From contig NW_026515692.1 of assembly GCF_025526975.1 (NCBI RefSeq), positions 62,001 through 126,000 of the forward strand: DNA of 64,000 nucleotides, given 5' to 3'. Position 1 is the stretch's first letter; every line of letters begins with the position of its first letter. This document shows, piece after piece, positions 63,678 to 64,000 of the stretch. Made by a program: the position numbers and the translations under genes. Below the pieces are notes generated by a model that was not told the DNA's origin, did not search any database, and saw nothing but the letters and a program-made list of their open reading frames with translations. The DNA comes from Fimicolochytrium jonesii (lineage: Eukaryota).

Positions 63678-64000
63678 GTTTGAGTGGGGACAAATACTTT
63701 TTTGGGGGGCAAGGGTTTTTTTTTTGGATGCGAGTTATTCTTGGGGATTGGCTGGTGATGTATGTACGTTTGTGGAGGGTGGAGGAAGTGCGCTGGGGTC
63801 TTTTTTTTTGTAGCTCTGTATTTTTGGCCCTGTTGGTGCGTAGTGTCTCTGTGTATCGTGCGAATGGATAGCTGTTGTGAAGCGTCTCGGTAAGCGCCTG
63901 TCCGCAGGTGAGGTCAGAATGTAACCCCCGTGTCTTCACCCGGTGATGTGCGAAAATTGATGAAAGATTCCACCTCGCCGACCGTTGTGGGTTATTGGCA

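Noticed and set aside
1..64000. tRNA or rRNA genes
   Set aside because: None recognised by eye; tRNAscan-SE would be needed to exclude them.

Overview
Eukaryotic DNA with GT..AG introns, most likely from a zoosporic fungus (chytrid-like), since fungal LYS9, SEC61 and MSP1 sit alongside the flagellar gene CCDC42/CFAP73. 1-10.9 kb is a nest of LTR retroelement remnants. It includes a giant inverted duplication (arms at least 3654 bp, 51-bp spacer at 3655-3705) carrying Ty3/Gypsy gag-protease and Ty1/Copia RT-RNaseH. 12157-20814 is a near-intact, recently inserted Ty3/Gypsy element (197-bp LTRs, 4-bp TSD, -1 frameshift signal). Its pol carries an exonuclease III/AP-endonuclease domain between protease and RT, which is not part of the standard LTR-retrotransposon architecture. 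31-46 kb is a bacterial-looking, intron-containing cluster: a secreted Fn3-type protein plus two large Bacillus MnxG-like multicopper oxidases. The rest holds housekeeping genes, a giant-virus-like GIY-YIG/zinc-knuckle pseudogene interrupted by a TA-flanked MITE, interstitial TTAGGG repeats and minisatellites. All homology calls come from recognising motifs by eye; no database search was run.
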